Assembly: GCA_051362555.1 (NCBI GenBank)
Contig: CM120640.1
Span: 41,766,788 to 41,830,787, forward strand
DNA: 64,000 nt
DNA from: Lingula anatina
Lineage: Eukaryota > Animalia > Brachiopoda
Direction of reading: 5' to 3'
How positions within the stretch are numbered: the first letter of the stretch is position 1; the number at the start of each line of letters is the position of its first letter. The position numbers were made by a program, and so were the translations under genes. The notes below the pieces were generated by a model. That model was not told where the DNA came from. It saw nothing but the letters and a program-made list of their open reading frames with translations, and made no database searches. This document shows, in pieces, positions 35,841 through 49,897 of the stretch.

Positions 35841-38299
35841 ACCAGCATTAAGCTAGGTATAACTCATAAGTGAAGAAATGGAATTCGTGACGCACCTTTT
35901 GTTCTCTTCCTTTGACGTCGAGACCAATTGCTCTAAGTATCTGTGTGTATTTTGAATCAATCAGTGGGCAATAATGGGAGTTTACTCCCGCTGATCAGTT
36001 ATTTTGCAAAGGAAAATGGCTTTTGTTCATGTTTCTACCAAATGTCGTGAAGCCTAAAAAAAGCCATGGAAAATTGTTTGTTCTCAGTTTAGTTTTGTCC
36101 AAAATCTTTTTCAATAAGACAAGCAGTAAATACCACGCTTATGCGAGTTGTGCGTTTGACAGCAAATTTAGTAATCAAATGTAGATACTTATTTTCTGTA
36201 TTTGAAGAAAAAAATAGATCGTCTTAAAAGAACGAGCTGCTAAAGTAGTCATCACTAGCCATGTTGTACAAAAAGGTGGGTTACAATCACAAGCTGCGTT
36301 TTTATGAGAAAATCTAATACTTTTGAGCACACAGAAAATGTGAGGATCAGATATACTGGCTTTTAACGTTAGCAGACGGTATCTTTCAGCACTGCAATTA
36401 CGTTCGGAACTGGCAAAAACAGGAAGTCAACCACGCGTATAAAGCGGCGGCATTTTTGTATAAGCGAGGGAGGGTTGTGTATCGGTTCAAAGGATAAAAT
36501 ACTCCGGCATTAAGCAAGTATTCGGAGGCTTTGAGCAAACAAACGTCTTCTGCAGCTGAATAATCTAAGAAAAAAGATAATGAGAAGCGCCGGTAAAAAA
36601 ATAAGGCGTGCATACCGAGACTTTGAATAAACTTAAAGGGGGTATGTTAAACACCACGATTTATGGGTTCCTAGGGATAAAGTCACCTCATAATTCGTAA
36701 TTCTTTTTGAAGTTGATTGCTTTTCATTGAAAGCAGGAATTCACAATTTCTTGGAAGGGAATTTTTGATGGACGAATAATTCGTATTTGCAAGAAGCTCA
36801 ATTTTTCAAGAGAATACCCAAGCGCAAGTTCAACTAAAGTACGAAGACCATATTATTTATTTATTCATAAATAAAACTTTAAAGATGTTCAAAACATTTT
36901 CCAAGTTTTCCTATACATGTGTAAATACATGTGCAATAATTCTCAACAACTAAACAGTGTACTTTAACTGCGCTAAACAACCAAATGGTCACTGTTTAAA
37001 TTAGTGGTCCAATTTTCAGCGTTTTTTCTTGGAGGTGAGGAGTATCGGTTTACACCTCGGCCGGAAGAAAAAATACCCATGCATGTGGTTTTACATTCAT
37101 TAAAACCCTCTTTAGCCAGATGAAAAGATGTGTTTTAATAGGATATGATGTTTGGCTTCCGTTCTCCACAGTGCACCGCAGGTGGACAATTGTGAGCATC
37201 ATTAAAAATCGCCCGGGTAATCTTAGCAGTTCATAGTTATAACTATGTTATCGGGGCAACATGCGTTACGTCAAACTGTCGTTTATGTCACTCCAGGCAG
37301 CTTAAATCACGCCATTATCTAGTAAAATAAGCTTGAGGCACATCTTTATCAAATTAATCATGCCACAACACCGAAAGCGAAAAAAGGATGCCATGCTTTT
37401 TTTCTATGCGATGAAATTGGAATGACGAGAGACAGCTTTCCTAGCATATTGATCATCTTTCCATAGTGTAGATATTGACTACTGTCTATCGAAAGCATTC
37501 CATCACAAAGGCGTCGATCTAAATAAATAACGAAAGTGCTCACCAATCTGAAGAGGGTGGGGCTAATGGGGTGATGCAGAAACAAGTCCATGCTACTTGA
37601 AGGGTCAGCTTTTGGAGGCAAAACAAAAAAGCGAGTCGTGCTTGTAACGTGACGTCATTATTTAAATTCAACTTGCGATGTGAAAACACGATCTTTATCT
37701 ATATAACTAGAAAGAAATAAACAAGTCATACTAGTCAGTTTCAAACCATTGTTCTAATTATCTTGAACTAGTGAAATCGAACAAACACGTACATATCCTA
37801 CATTTAGAGGTTTACAGACCCTGGTAACGCCCCTCATCCCTCTTATCAAGGTAAACATTTTCTCAAATGGTTATGAAACCTAGCTAGAGTTAACTCAGGT
37901 AGAGTCAGCATTCTATGTTTTTCAATACGTATGCGTATGGCCGAATGGAAACATTTGCTTAGTTGTCAACAATATACCATTTACGATCGGAGTGATAATA
38001 ATAATAATTGTCGCTGATATAATGGTTGGAGCTTATTTAAATGGTAATGACTTCTAAGAAACATCAAGAACATCCGAAGTACATATGTCCCTAGGTCACG
38101 GTCAAGTCGAAATAGGAAATAAAGCAACTAATACACACAAACATCCTCTTTATGAAGATTCAATGCTGCCGTTGTTTTTAGTCATCACTTATTTGTTTAT
38201 TTGTAGTAAAAGAACAAACTATTTTTGAGGAAGATGTGTGTATTTGTTTGTCATCTTCTACAAGAACAGAATAGGGCCTACAAAGTCCTCTAATATAGG

Positions 38300-39900
38300 T
38301 GGTTGTTTGCGTGAACGTTTTGTTTCTTTTCAGCATGTTGAAGTTCTTTCTTTGAATTAAGCCGAGTGTATACAGCTGCGCATAAGCCTGGCTGTACGCT
38401 GCACAGGGTAACCTTCCATGGCTTCTTGTCACGGAGATCAGTTTCAAGGCAGGGAATAAGACCTGCTCAGCTGCATATAGTAAAACAGAACGTTGGATAA
38501 ACATCAGCTGTGATCTGGATTTAGTTGTATTTTTTCCTTTTTCTATTTTACTTTTTAAACTTAATTCTTTATCAGAAAATACAGGTATGCAACACTTTCA
38601 CGTTTCTTATGGAAGTGTAGTGTGAAATGATATGGAGTCATCCACATTATGCAATATACATAACTCCGACGAAAGACGCTTCACTTAAAGGGATTTAGAA
38701 CGCAGATAATGTCACTACGTACTTGCATAGTTGGTCGTTACTTGTTACGATTACTTGTTACTTGTAGATTAGGCTTATAGTAGTTTTAGAAACAGCATAA
38801 ACAACAAAGTTAACACGTAACGTTAAAAACTGAATGAAATATTATTGTCATTGTCATTTTCATTATCAAACATCAAAATGAAATTTAATTTCAAATCAAT
38901 CAAATCAAGTCAAATTAATCAAACTCAATCGTAGCTAAATGAATAATGAATAAATGCTTTTAAGTTAATAAACCTCTTCTAAAAACGTGCTTAATCATGG
39001 GTGATTTTAACGCGTACGCGGCTCCCATGGGGATAATTAGATGTGGTCTCGGCAAGCAAAGAGTAAACAAGTTAATAATAGTATATGCCAGTAGCTTTAC
39101 CGGTTGAAAATCACTTTTAATCAGTATAATATCATCTTCGAATCTCCAAACAAGACCTGTATACTGCGTAAGACTTATGCACGAGTGGCTACAAGTTATC
39201 TTCATCAACACTGCAGATCATCATGCAGTGAACACTGTAAACTTGTGTGGCCTCTTCTCAGTCTACATGTACTGACTCATTTTCCTCGCCAAGGGCCCCG
39301 TACTCTTAACCCTGTGATGACCTGACAGCTCGATGGATCCCACATTGCCTATCTACCACATATTTTCAATTGACAGACCAATAAATAACCAAAGGAATCA
39401 GGATACGTGTTAGATCTAATAACCTGATGCGACCTGGGGCCTGTTTCATGTAAAGTCTTATGCATAGACTGCTAAGCCTGGATCCGTAGCCGACTGTGCA
39501 AAGTCAACTTTGCGATATTGATCAAGGGTCTTTTAGGCATGATTGAGCCATGATAAATATTTTATCTTGATTGGCTACTGTCACCACCTTCGAAACGAAA
39601 ATCACAATTTACTTGGTCTTTTATAAAAGACAAAAATGTAAAGGGTTCTTAGTTCTCTTTGAGAAACGTTACTTAACCATGTAAGATTTAAGTAAAAACT
39701 GACTTTATACTTTTTGCAAACCATACCCTCTCCCAAACTACTAGGTTTTTTTCGTCTTTTTCCGCAAAGATTTCAGCATTGTTCTCATTTCCAAGAATGC
39801 TACCGGTATAAGTAACGTTAACATGCTGATAATCATCGACTCTTGGCTTTGGTGTAGACGGTACTTAACTTCAACCTTATCGGATCGTAAGGAACTGACG
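38300..39900 (-). mobile_element. Decayed RTE-clade LINE RT relic
   Basis: Minus-strand order: KA..VDD (~39850; cf. KAPG.D), CKKYK (cf. C.NYR), DQVNCDFR (cf. EQ.GFR), QDKIFIMAQ (39566; cf. DQIF.LRQ), VDF (39508), TGLR (39315; cf. TGVRQG), RFEDDIILI (39145-39122; cf. RFADDI.L), GLL, FSDKELSLKSKI (38579), SVLLYAAE (38489; cf. SVLLYG.E). Confidence 0.7.
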
Positions 39901-41469
39901 AGTAGCCTGGCAGGGCGTCGTTTGCCACTGAAATAACTAATATCGCTCTACTATCTCGCTAATTTTCTCAGCATGCACAATGAGTAGAAGCATATTTACC
40001 ATTCAATGCTTGTTTTACAATCCCAACACCGTAAGTTACTCGTGTTTTGTTCAAATAAAACTGTATAATAAAACATTTTTCCTTTTTCTTCTTCACCTTA
40101 TTGCTTTTGTAATGGTTATTAACAAAAATATTGACAAACTATTTCGTCTCCATTTATGCTCCATCTTTGCATCGCTATATTTTCACCTTTTCTAAATGTT
40201 AATTTTTGAATTCAAACCCAAAGTCATTAACATATGTATTTCAATTTCCTTCGCGAAATGAACAGTTTGAAAGAAACTCCTTGCAGGTTTTTGCAAGAAA
40301 AAATGTTGCAGCAAATTTGCAAGACGTCTTTATATCCATTCATATTTTAAACAGCACCTCATTTGGCAAATTCCTTCTTACAACCTTGCGACAACACTTT
40401 GCAAGGAGTCTAAAATTTTGCTAAGGTAATGGATGTTATTTACTTATTTAAGGTACATGTACTTTATATTGATGTGTGATTTTGTGAAAGTTCTACTCGG
40501 AGTTGTTTAGTTGTGATCAAACGAGGTACTCAAGGCCACACATGTTCAGTAAAACTTTCTTGCAGTTGGTGAGAAATCATCAGCTGATGCAATCATAGGT
40601 TGTGTTATACGGAAATGCAAACAATAAAACGGTGAGCTATTGAACACGACTGTTTCGAAAAATTCCGATATTCATAATGTGATTTGTGTTACATATAACA
40701 CTGCGGCTGTATATGTAGATTCAGGTGTCGATTCTTGAAAATTTTGACTGCTTGTTTGAACATGAAACAAGTTTCATTAGAGTAAATGATAAGTAATAAT
40801 AGTGACATTATCTATTTGCAACATGACTTATATTTTATAATTATACCTAAAAGAGGGCATTAATCTCTTTTAAATGTCATTACATATTCGTGTAAGCATG
40901 TACGTGGTCTTACCATTTGACAATCGCAACATATTCTTCTGAGATTTCGTGTTTCGGTGGCTAATTAACTCTTGTGGTTGCTTCATCTGTTTCACTCTTT
41001 AGCTACACATTCCAAAACATCTTGGCTTGTGAAATGTAAAACGGTTAGAGGATCTTGGTTTAAATTAAACTATCTACTGTGGAAGCTGTACGTTTATGGC
41101 ATATGGACCATAAAAAGAGGAAATACTTTTAGATAGCGCAGTTGAGTTAAAGATAAAAAGACTACCTTTCAAACAAGGGTAACAACGAGGCATTCAAATA
41201 CCTTAACACCTGCCTGGAGAAATAGACAAAATCATGGTTCTTTCTATTAAACGGATCGTCAATCAACCCTATTAGAAAGCACCTCACGATACGCAGTAAA
41301 TCTTTGCTATAATTAGGTTACCCCGATATACGTACGTAGTCCTGTGAATTGCCTTTATCGCACTGAAAACACGTGTATATGAAAAACATTATCATCTCAT
41401 TCATGTGTCTTACTGAATAAGAAATGATTGGGATGCCGGTTGCTAGTGTACTCACCTCATTCAACTATA

Positions 41470-41800
41470 TAAATCTTAAAATCAATGAGGTTAAGGAGTA
41501 ACTTGTCTGTCTGTATTCAAACCTGGAAATCTGGAAATTGGTGAAGGATTTTCGAAAATATGGAGGGAGGAAATCTTTTTTATATCGATAGAATTTGTAT
41601 ATCAGAGACAAAGCACACGTTTCACCCATAAAGTGTACGGTGCAAAGTGTACTGGGAGACCGTTGTCCACTATTTATCTCATTCATTTAATTGATTGGTC
41701 AACATACTTTTCTGTTGTAACAAGGTACACTGTTTTATCTCGCCAAAATTGCCATATATGGAATATCACAAAAATATCTGTTTTTATTAATCAGTTTTGA
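41470..41800 (-). mobile_element. Decayed L2/Crack-like LINE 3' ORF2 relic
   Basis: ORF 41465..41686 contains IYKFYRYKKDFLPPYFRKSF (cf. FMYK.....LP..F...F), preceded by LLQQKSML (cf. LQK.A.R). Confidence 0.35.
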
Positions 41801-42756
41801 AATTATATTTATTAATGTTAGAGTAAGTTTAGAATAGTCAACGATTGTTGGTACCTGTTGCAATGCACGGACTACAGTGATTTATTACATAGGGCAATTT
41901 TGTGAGTGTTGAATGGTGTACAGCATATTGAAACAATTTAGGTATATATAGCGGATGGGAACTTCAGAGTAGATGGTTATTTGGTGTTGCTATATTTCTT
42001 ATGAAGAAGGCATTGCCCCCAAAGTGAAACCGTAGAGAACAGCTTTGCTGCGAATTCATAATCCTAATCACCAATTGACGTGTACGTACGAAGCATAAGT
42101 GCTAATCGTGCCTCCTTATTCCAACTTTTATTCACAAACGCCAAAGTTTTGTTTTTGATTCTTTTTTATCATCACGCTTCTGAAACGATTTAACACAATT
42201 CCACTAAAAATAAAAATGCCGTGTTTGGTAAAACAATTGTTTAACTATTAGATAGATAAATAGAGGTAAGTGAGTTATTGCTGTAGGTGTGCCTTATAAC
42301 GAAATACCCGGGAAGTTGATTGCAAAATTGTGCTCCTGCCAAGTAGACCATTCAAGGCGTTTTTCAAAACCTGCTGTCCCTTCCACTGTTTCGCACTAGG
42401 AGTAATAGAACTTTTGATTTGGAACGATCGTCGCGGTTAAGTGCTAATCGGTTCTCACGGGGAACGGGTGTGATGAAAAGCCCTCTGAAATAGTTGAGGT
42501 CCGTTCCTCCTGCTACTTTGACCTAAAACAAATCCGTATCCTAGAGCAAACTTTCTGTTTACATTTAAAGAAGATTAGTTCAACATTGCAGGTGCTTTGG
42601 AGTGGACCTTAAGAGCAAGACGGCATGTGGGCATCAGTCTTTATGTAAGGCACGGGAAGTCTTCCCCTAGGTATAATGGGTTGAACCAGCAGCTTTTTCC
42701 TTCTTCTTCCTGTTACACAACATTTGAAGGGCAAGGTGACAAAAACACATTTACCT

Positions 42757-42758
<2 letters not shown>

Positions 42759-42802
<44 letters not shown>
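42759..42802. repeat. (GT)22 microsatellite
   Basis: Direct observation. Confidence 0.97.
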
Positions 42803-42806
<4 letters not shown>

Positions 42807-43499
42807 TTTGAATATCAGCGGAATGTGGAGGATCTGCGGGGTACCACTTACGTACTTGAGAGCCCGTGTGAACAGCTATGAAATAAAACCAGATAAAAAA
42901 TATAAATAAATAAAATAAAATAAAAATAATAAGAAAATCAGAAGGTTGATTGAATATCGATGAAAATTCTTAAACGTATGGAATCATACAGGGCATTCGA
43001 ATTCTCACATATTAATCCCATTGCGCTATTAACTCACACTTTTTTCATTAGTGTATCAACTTAAATGTCATATTGGATAATTAAAGAAACTACCCCGGTC
43101 TTTTTCCACATTTTAATACCCACAGCTCATAGTTTGATGATAATGAATTACACGTGTAGAGACACTTAACAGGTATTTTTATAGATTGCATCCTGCTTTT
43201 CTTCCTCGAAATTGCGTCTTTTCTACAGTAAGCAATTAATGTTCACCTTGATATCTATGTTATTTCATTCGTTTTTTTTTGTATTCGCACTCAAAATCTT
43301 GTAAGGTATTACCAGACATGCAATCTGGAGAGAACACACACAATTTCAGGTGTCCTTTGGTACAATGTGCATTTCATACCACGTATTACGCACTGAAAAG
43401 AACTTAGCCCGCCATTACATCACTACAGTTTTTTCTCAGTTGTTCCACTGGGTGGTATGTTTCATAAAAAGAACCTGGTTTTATGTTGTTTTGCTGAAA

Positions 43500-43870
43500 C
43501 AGCGGTAGATATGCGTGTGGTGTTGTTTAACCAATGCCTAAAGGTGCTATATATTCCGAAATCTGAAAACTTGTTGATACTTAGATCAATTACTATAACG
43601 TCTATTGAGAGGGATGTTTTTTATCCCTGTATGTTGTTTGCAAGATGCCACTAATATATTCTGACTGGGTTTGAATTAAATTTGATAAGGTGGTATGCTT
43701 TGGTACAAAAGCAGGTTGTTTAGAATTAAAAGACAGCTTTATTGAAGTTATGAGCGTCTGAATGTTTCTAGCGTCTGAGTGCGAGTGGAAGTGTCAGACG
43801 TGGCTCAAAGGTTTGTATGAAAACCGATATGCATGATTGTCTTTTGGATAAATTTACCCTTAACACGAAG
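43500..43870 (+). mobile_element. Decayed LINE RT fragment
   Basis: VLFNQCLK..YIP and RSITITSI in ORF 43457..43654; downstream DVAQRF and HDCLLDK (cf. D...AFD / H..LL.KL). Confidence 0.35.
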
Positions 43871-44049
43871 GGGTTACTTTGTTGAACGTAATGTATAATA
43901 ACCTTGTTCTCGCGTGCCGTTCACCAGTGGCAAATAAACAAACAAACAAACAAATAGACAAACAGACTACGGGCTACCCGTGTGAAATATATCTAAAATT
44001 CTCTTTTAATCACTTTATGCTTTAAGAATGTTTCATGATTCTTTATTCG

Positions 44050-44143
44050 TATATAATATAATATAATATAATATAATATAATATAATATAATATAATATA
44101 ATATAATATAATATAATATAATATAATATAATATAATATAATA
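44050..44143. repeat. (ATATA)n pentanucleotide microsatellite
   Basis: About 18 units of atata, directly visible. Confidence 0.97.
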
Positions 44144-45129
44144 TTCACAGCTGTCACCTATTTAAATTTTGCTGTACTTCCTTTTATAGCGTGACGTTGA
44201 ATTGTGGCCATTCCAAACCAATTTTAAAATAATGTTATTCTTGGCGTGCAATCTATTTTCATAATAAAAGTGATTGGATTTCTCCGAAAAACAACATGCA
44301 CGATGGGGGTGATTGCGTGCTGCTGCGACACCAATAAAAGTTACGTTATGTTTTAAGTTTAGCTTCAAAACATTAATGGACAATGGTGTGTGGTTCCAGC
44401 ACCGTCTGTCTATAGCTTTGTAAATCACGCACGAGTGATTTTGCGTCATCGTTGAACATAAAACCCCGGGTAATTTCCGGAAAAGGCATGCATGCAATGA
44501 TGATGGGAATTTTGACCTTAATCAATTATAGGTTTTATGGATATGGTGAATCTAAACAATATATCTTCTATTTTAATAATTGATAAAAGGTGCGATGTCA
44601 AATTATAAGTTGTTGATATATTGTCTCTCTTATATTTTTTTATCCAAATTTGCACGAAATAAATTTCTCTATTTCATAAATATCAGTATACGCTTCGTTC
44701 TAGTCGGAGAGAAAGATATTTTTCGCCTAGATAGATATATATGCAGCACTTGCTCAGTTGGTAGGGCAGGCAATAAAAAGTATAATTTGTATGTACATGT
44801 ATAGATGTGTATGTGTGATTCAAGATATTGCCATTTATTTCCTCAGACATCAGACTGAGCAGACCACCACTAATTTGTCACCTTCTTGGGCTTTGGGACG
44901 TTATTATAACGTTATCAAAGCCACAGTTGTCTATGCATTAAAAAGTCTAAGTACTTAATAGTGTACTGGTCACGAGCCCAATATGCACGAAAGAATGCCG
45001 AGCGCAAGGGAGGCGTAGCGCTGTATTATTTATCATACATGAAAGGGGGTGGGGTCATGCAAAAACCCTAATTTTGAAGAGAATATGCTTATATCACCAC
45101 GCGTTGGATGATATCAAAGAATTCGCGTT

Positions 45130-45800
45130 TACGCCGAAAGTTTCGGTCCAATTTTGGTTACTGCCAAATCATTTACTTAAGTATGGATGGTTTGTGATTG
45201 GGTGTGCGTTGTCAGAGACATAGGTCAGCGGTTTTCCATGAGTAGTTCGCTGATTCACTACGGCCACATGTCGATTTGTTAAGTCAGGAATGTGATACAC
45301 TATAACAATAATCGTCTTAAAAATACATAAAAAAATAACCAGTACTCTCTAAGTGCTAGTCAACTCCAAAAGTTGCAAAGATTGTACTTAAGTATTCGCT
45401 AACTTTTTCATAGATGAACAGGGTGTGGTATGCCCTATCCCTCAAATAATTGACTGGATGGTGGCTACCACTTCACATGGCTTTTATATACATGTTTAGG
45501 TCCCTGCCGATTTGTTTTGTCAAATATACAATATACTACTTGTATAACATTCTTTTCCAACAGTACAATCTTTATTAAAAAACAAAAAGAACCCGTACTT
45601 TATATGTGAACGCGGGGCTCACCTTTGGACGGGAAATCGATTAACTAAACATTATCTGACAGAAATACATTGGACGAGACAGAAATGCATTTACCTAAAT
45701 GGCGTTTAGTCCCACATCCAAAATCTCAAAATCTCGTTGGGTAATATACGATAGAGTGCTGTCTGTTTTCAGTACTGCTGTAAGCTATCTTATATGGGGA
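45130..45800 (+). mobile_element. Decayed CR1-like LINE RT relic
   Basis: FGPILVT (cf. YRPISLT), VDLLSQECDT (cf. LDFSKAFD), ANFFIDEQGVV, GMP, LGPCRFVL (cf. LGP.LFL), LYVN..REID, MAFSP (cf. WQM.FNP), SYL. Confidence 0.45.
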
Positions 45801-46231
45801 ATCTGTAGGTCAAAACGCGAAATGCCAGACCGGTACTCAATGTTTCCAACCACCTGCGGTTATCGTGTCAAAATGGTTCAACTGCTCATAGCACCTGATG
45901 TTCACGGCGTGGTTTAAGACGCAACCTTAGTGTCATGAGGTAACATCCACTTGGTGAACTTGATTGTTGATTCTGCAGCCGTTTAAGAAAGGGAGATAGT
46001 TTATTTTCTTTGGTTGATATATGACTTTTTTCATAAAGTCTCCAGCCATGTTTGGGTATATGTACATAAAGAATGAAAGAAAATGGGGAACGACTAATAC
46101 AGATATAAGGGAGCTGTCATTTACAATGATCTTTGGCATTGGTGAAAAAGGTTAAACCTTTCATCCAGTAGTCAAAAGTTGGCCCTAAGGAGTGCATTTT
46201 AAAAGTACTTTATAACAATGTATTTATCTAA

Positions 46232-46307
46232 GGGCTTATTCCCAATGAAACTATCGTTCTATGTAGATCGATCCAATTTCGCGGGAACTCTCGCTGAATG
46301 CAGTCAG
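46232..46307 (+). repeat. Dispersed repeat fragment, copy 2
   Basis: gggcttattcccaatgaaactatcgttctatgtagatcgatccaatttcgcgggaactctcgctgaatgcagtcag is similar to 12034-12099. Confidence 0.7.
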
Positions 46308-48399
46308 ACTGACACGCCCTTTACTAGATTGAGTATAATTCACAAAAAGCTGTCTATCATGCCGGTATGAGTACGTTGGCCCTACGTATAAATACTGGTG
46401 TTAACATCACATAATGAAATATAACCAATCTTAAGTCGTAACTACATTATAAGATGTAATAAACGCGTATGGTAAATTTATTAAATTATTTAATATGGTG
46501 CGTATATTGGATACGACCGAACTTTAGACTAATGTCAGATAGCATCTGTATATACATGTTCATGTAACTATGTACATTCAGAGCCTTCAAGACTTGAGCG
46601 GTGTACAACAATCACTTTGACCGTGAAATATTTGATCCAGCTTCTTGCCCTGGCAGCCATTTTCCCAACCAATGGCCTCTGACATTGTGAGGGAAAAAAC
46701 GACTTATCCCTCCCTAAAACAATACTCTCTAGTTTCATGGTCGCGACTGAGGTTGCTCTTTGCAATGGTATTCAATTATAGGTTACGAATGCCCTGAAGT
46801 TAAACTGCATTCGACTTTTTCATGTACTTCACCGTCATTATCTGTGGTTATCGCGTTGGTCTCTTTGTTTGCAAAATAATTTTTGAAAAATGTATCTATC
46901 AGATCTTCATGTTTATTGCCAGATTGCAGCACAAGTGTGTTAATCATTACCTCACTTTATATGTAAATGTCAATATTTCACAAAGATAAAAAAGCAAAAA
47001 GATACAACATTCTATCTGACTGAAGAGAATATTTGTAAATGCATACACGTGCTTAGACAGTAAAGGCACCCGTGTAGTTAAGCCAGACATATTCTTTTAT
47101 TAAAAAATTACGACTCTGTCGGCAGTGTTCATTTGATGGTAATCATCTGGTTACTAAAACGTTTTTGAATGAATATGTATGTTTCTCATGCCAACCCCTC
47201 GTACATGAATTATCGTTTTTGTTTGCGGTATGGGTTTTAGCTATATATGCAATGCTATGGAGCTGTTCATGCAGCCTTTCGGCTCGCCAATTTGAAAGTT
47301 ACATTTCTCTAATTTTGTGTGGGCCGCCGAGTAAATTGTGCACCACCTCGTCCTGATCACTTTGTAAATTACCAATACTCATTTCCAGCAATATGAACGG
47401 GTTTCAGGGGGAAATATTTGCTAAATTAAGATATAGATTACGCCAATGCGCTATTTACCAATCCGAGTGATATGTTATTCCTCGGGGACAACCCAGGTGC
47501 TTAATCAAGCCTTCACAGACATAAGATTGGCTGTGATCTATAACGAGAATAACTAGTTGCTGGCCTCAAGTTAATTACTGCCAATGGCTTTTAGGTCACA
47601 CTTAATTTATAACGCCTATTCTTTTCAATAAAATTTTATACATTCCCTATGGTTGTCCTCGTCTTTTTTTCTGAAGTAATCTCCATACATTTTGCGATGA
47701 GTTTGTCGTTTCACCGCTCTTTAACCATTAGGAGCAATCTGCCATAATATCGCCGTCATAATACCTTCACGTAATTCTCATTCCGTTTCACGGTGTTTTC
47801 AGTTGTCAAGGGTTTCGGTTCTGTTAAGAAATGCATGTTAACAATAAATCTCATTCGCAAGCAACGTCACAAGTCTAGATCGTCCAAATAATAGTTTTTC
47901 GAATTCATTGGATTTAGTATAAAAAGTTTATTCAAACACATGTCATGTATTTTAACTGTCACTTTTTTCTCGTTTTACTCATTTTTTGTACCGTCTTGTG
48001 CAATACAGATTCAATCGAAAGATCTGCTTCCCTGCCTCTTAGCAATGATTCTCCTTGTTAGGCGGTTAATCAACGTGATTGCGTTTCATTAAAAAGCCCA
48101 TGTGGGGACCAGCGTTTTTAATGTAAAACACGATCGCTCAGTTTCTCGTCTGCTAAGCTGATCTCATGGAATGAAACACAGCTTACGCCGGCAGTTGTCG
48201 GTGTAAGTTTTTAATATATTTGGAAGGTTTCTGCAGCTTTACTGCCTTCCTCCGGCAGTTGTTAGTTAATGTATCTATATGGGAATCTTAAAATGATAAA
48301 ATAGTCTTTCAACTATGCGTGACGGGCATGCTCGCTTTGAATGTCCTAGATCTACCACGGGCGTGTGCAGTGAGATAAATTTGACCTAGCTGTCTGCAA

Positions 48400-49190
48400 T
48401 CAGCCGTGTTGATCTCAAACTTATCGACTGATAGAGTTTTGATTGCCGACTCAGATTGTTTGCAAATGATAAAAGACAATTTGCAAGCGATTAAAATCTC
48501 TCCTAGAGCAGTATTTGTTTCGTGCTTACAGTTGTGTATGCGTATATCCCATGTTTTGTGCAATTTATTTTTTTTATTAGCGTTTATTAGCGTTTATACG
48601 CTTAACCAAAGGCGGGATTACACCGGGATTTCGACTGCTCGTTCTTGCTCAAAACTCTGCCACGATGAACAGAAATTATGTCTTCAATTTCTGAGTACTC
48701 TGAAGTACATTATGAATTAGGGCACGCAACAATTGATACAGAACAACTGCTTCCTAGGGAATCGGCAAAGTACCATATGGTAGTATTTTACTGAAAGGAA
48801 CACGAGAAAATTGTATTGTTTTGATTTAGTAGGGCATTATTACTCTTACGGTTCTTAAAGAGCAGTGGTCTTTTTTCGCCACTTTCCTAATGCGAGACCT
48901 TCATTTGTTACGAAAGTGAAAGCGCACGCATATGTGCACTGTTTAATGCGGCAGACGAGACATTCGTACTCAATTAAATGCAGTAATATCTCAGAATTTT
49001 TATACGTCCTAGATCTCATCAAACTCGGGTCGATAAGACTTTCTCATGATAAAAGACATTACCTTAAACGGCTGTCGGATTTCTCCATTGCGACATCACT
49101 CGTTAGGCTACGAAGTTGCCATTTCCTTGAAAGGCAAGAAGCCATTAACCCTTAAGCAGCGCAAGAGTCGTCTCTGCCTGTTTCGCGAGC
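48400..49190 (+). mobile_element. Decayed CR1-like LINE ORF2 C-terminal relic
   Basis: LIADSDCL (cf. LFADDCL), KVKAHAY..LMR (cf. VK..AY..LVR) and TLKQRKSRLCLF (cf. TL..RR..RL..FYK), in ORFs 48406, 48865 and 49046. Confidence 0.45.
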
Positions 49191-49541
49191 AAAAAAAGGG
49201 ACATCTTTTCATGTTATTGACAAGATTATGGTCAGCAGTAAATACAACTTTTAAACAAGTCGATCCACCTTTCCCTGTTTTCAATATATCCATTTTTTGT
49301 TAAAGATCAATATTAAGGGATAGCGATTTAACTCATCCTGGGTGAATATTGTCAAATTTTACCATAGGAGAAATAGTGCGCTGAAAGACCTGTAGTTTGC
49401 ATGTAGTAATATCTCATAGTCAGGGGAGCCGGGGTCGGGGTGGGACACCGGGGCCACCACCCCACTTTTTTTTTCAACCACGTTTGTCGTACATGTAAGT
49501 TCAGAAAGCAGAGGGTCGTATTTTACCTGATTAGATCCTGC

Positions 49542-49897
49542 TTAAAGGGATAACAGCTCTTTAAATGAGATTCAAAATCCCCCAGTCAATACTATGTAAA
49601 CAACACATAGAAATATAATAAATCCCAGTTTATCACCAAAATGACGGTTACCGCAATATTTCTGAAATCTGTGCTTGCCATCGCACCATGTGGACCTTCA
49701 TAGATGTCTACCCTCCGAAATAATCTCTTAAGATGTTATTACAAAAACACACTTCAAAAAACAATAGACTTGCTTTGAATATTAGAACAGATTCATTATA
49801 TTAACTTTTGGTAAGTATAGGAATATCGTAGTTTACCCAGGGAAATTCCGTTTTATAGCAGTTTACTCACCAAAATGAAGGGTTGTGAGCCCTTTAA
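49542..49897. mobile_element. Putative non-autonomous TTAA-flanked DNA element (Kolobok-like MITE)
   Basis: TTAA|AGGGATAACAGCTCTT ... AAGGGTTGTGAGCCCT|TTAA forms an imperfect TIR. An internal direct repeat cagttta(c)tcaccaaaatga lies at ~49625 and ~49859. Confidence 0.45.

Noticed and set aside
37358-37621. ORF with LSIDSSQY...MINMLGKLS, resembling the end of a DIRS tyrosine recombinase
   Set aside because: The catalytic HSxR and terminal Tyr are not recognisable; chance cannot be excluded without a profile search.
39894-39955. CTGACGA...tggca/tgcca hairpin...GAAA hammerhead candidate
   Set aside because: The stem II register is wrong and there is no stem I complementarity.
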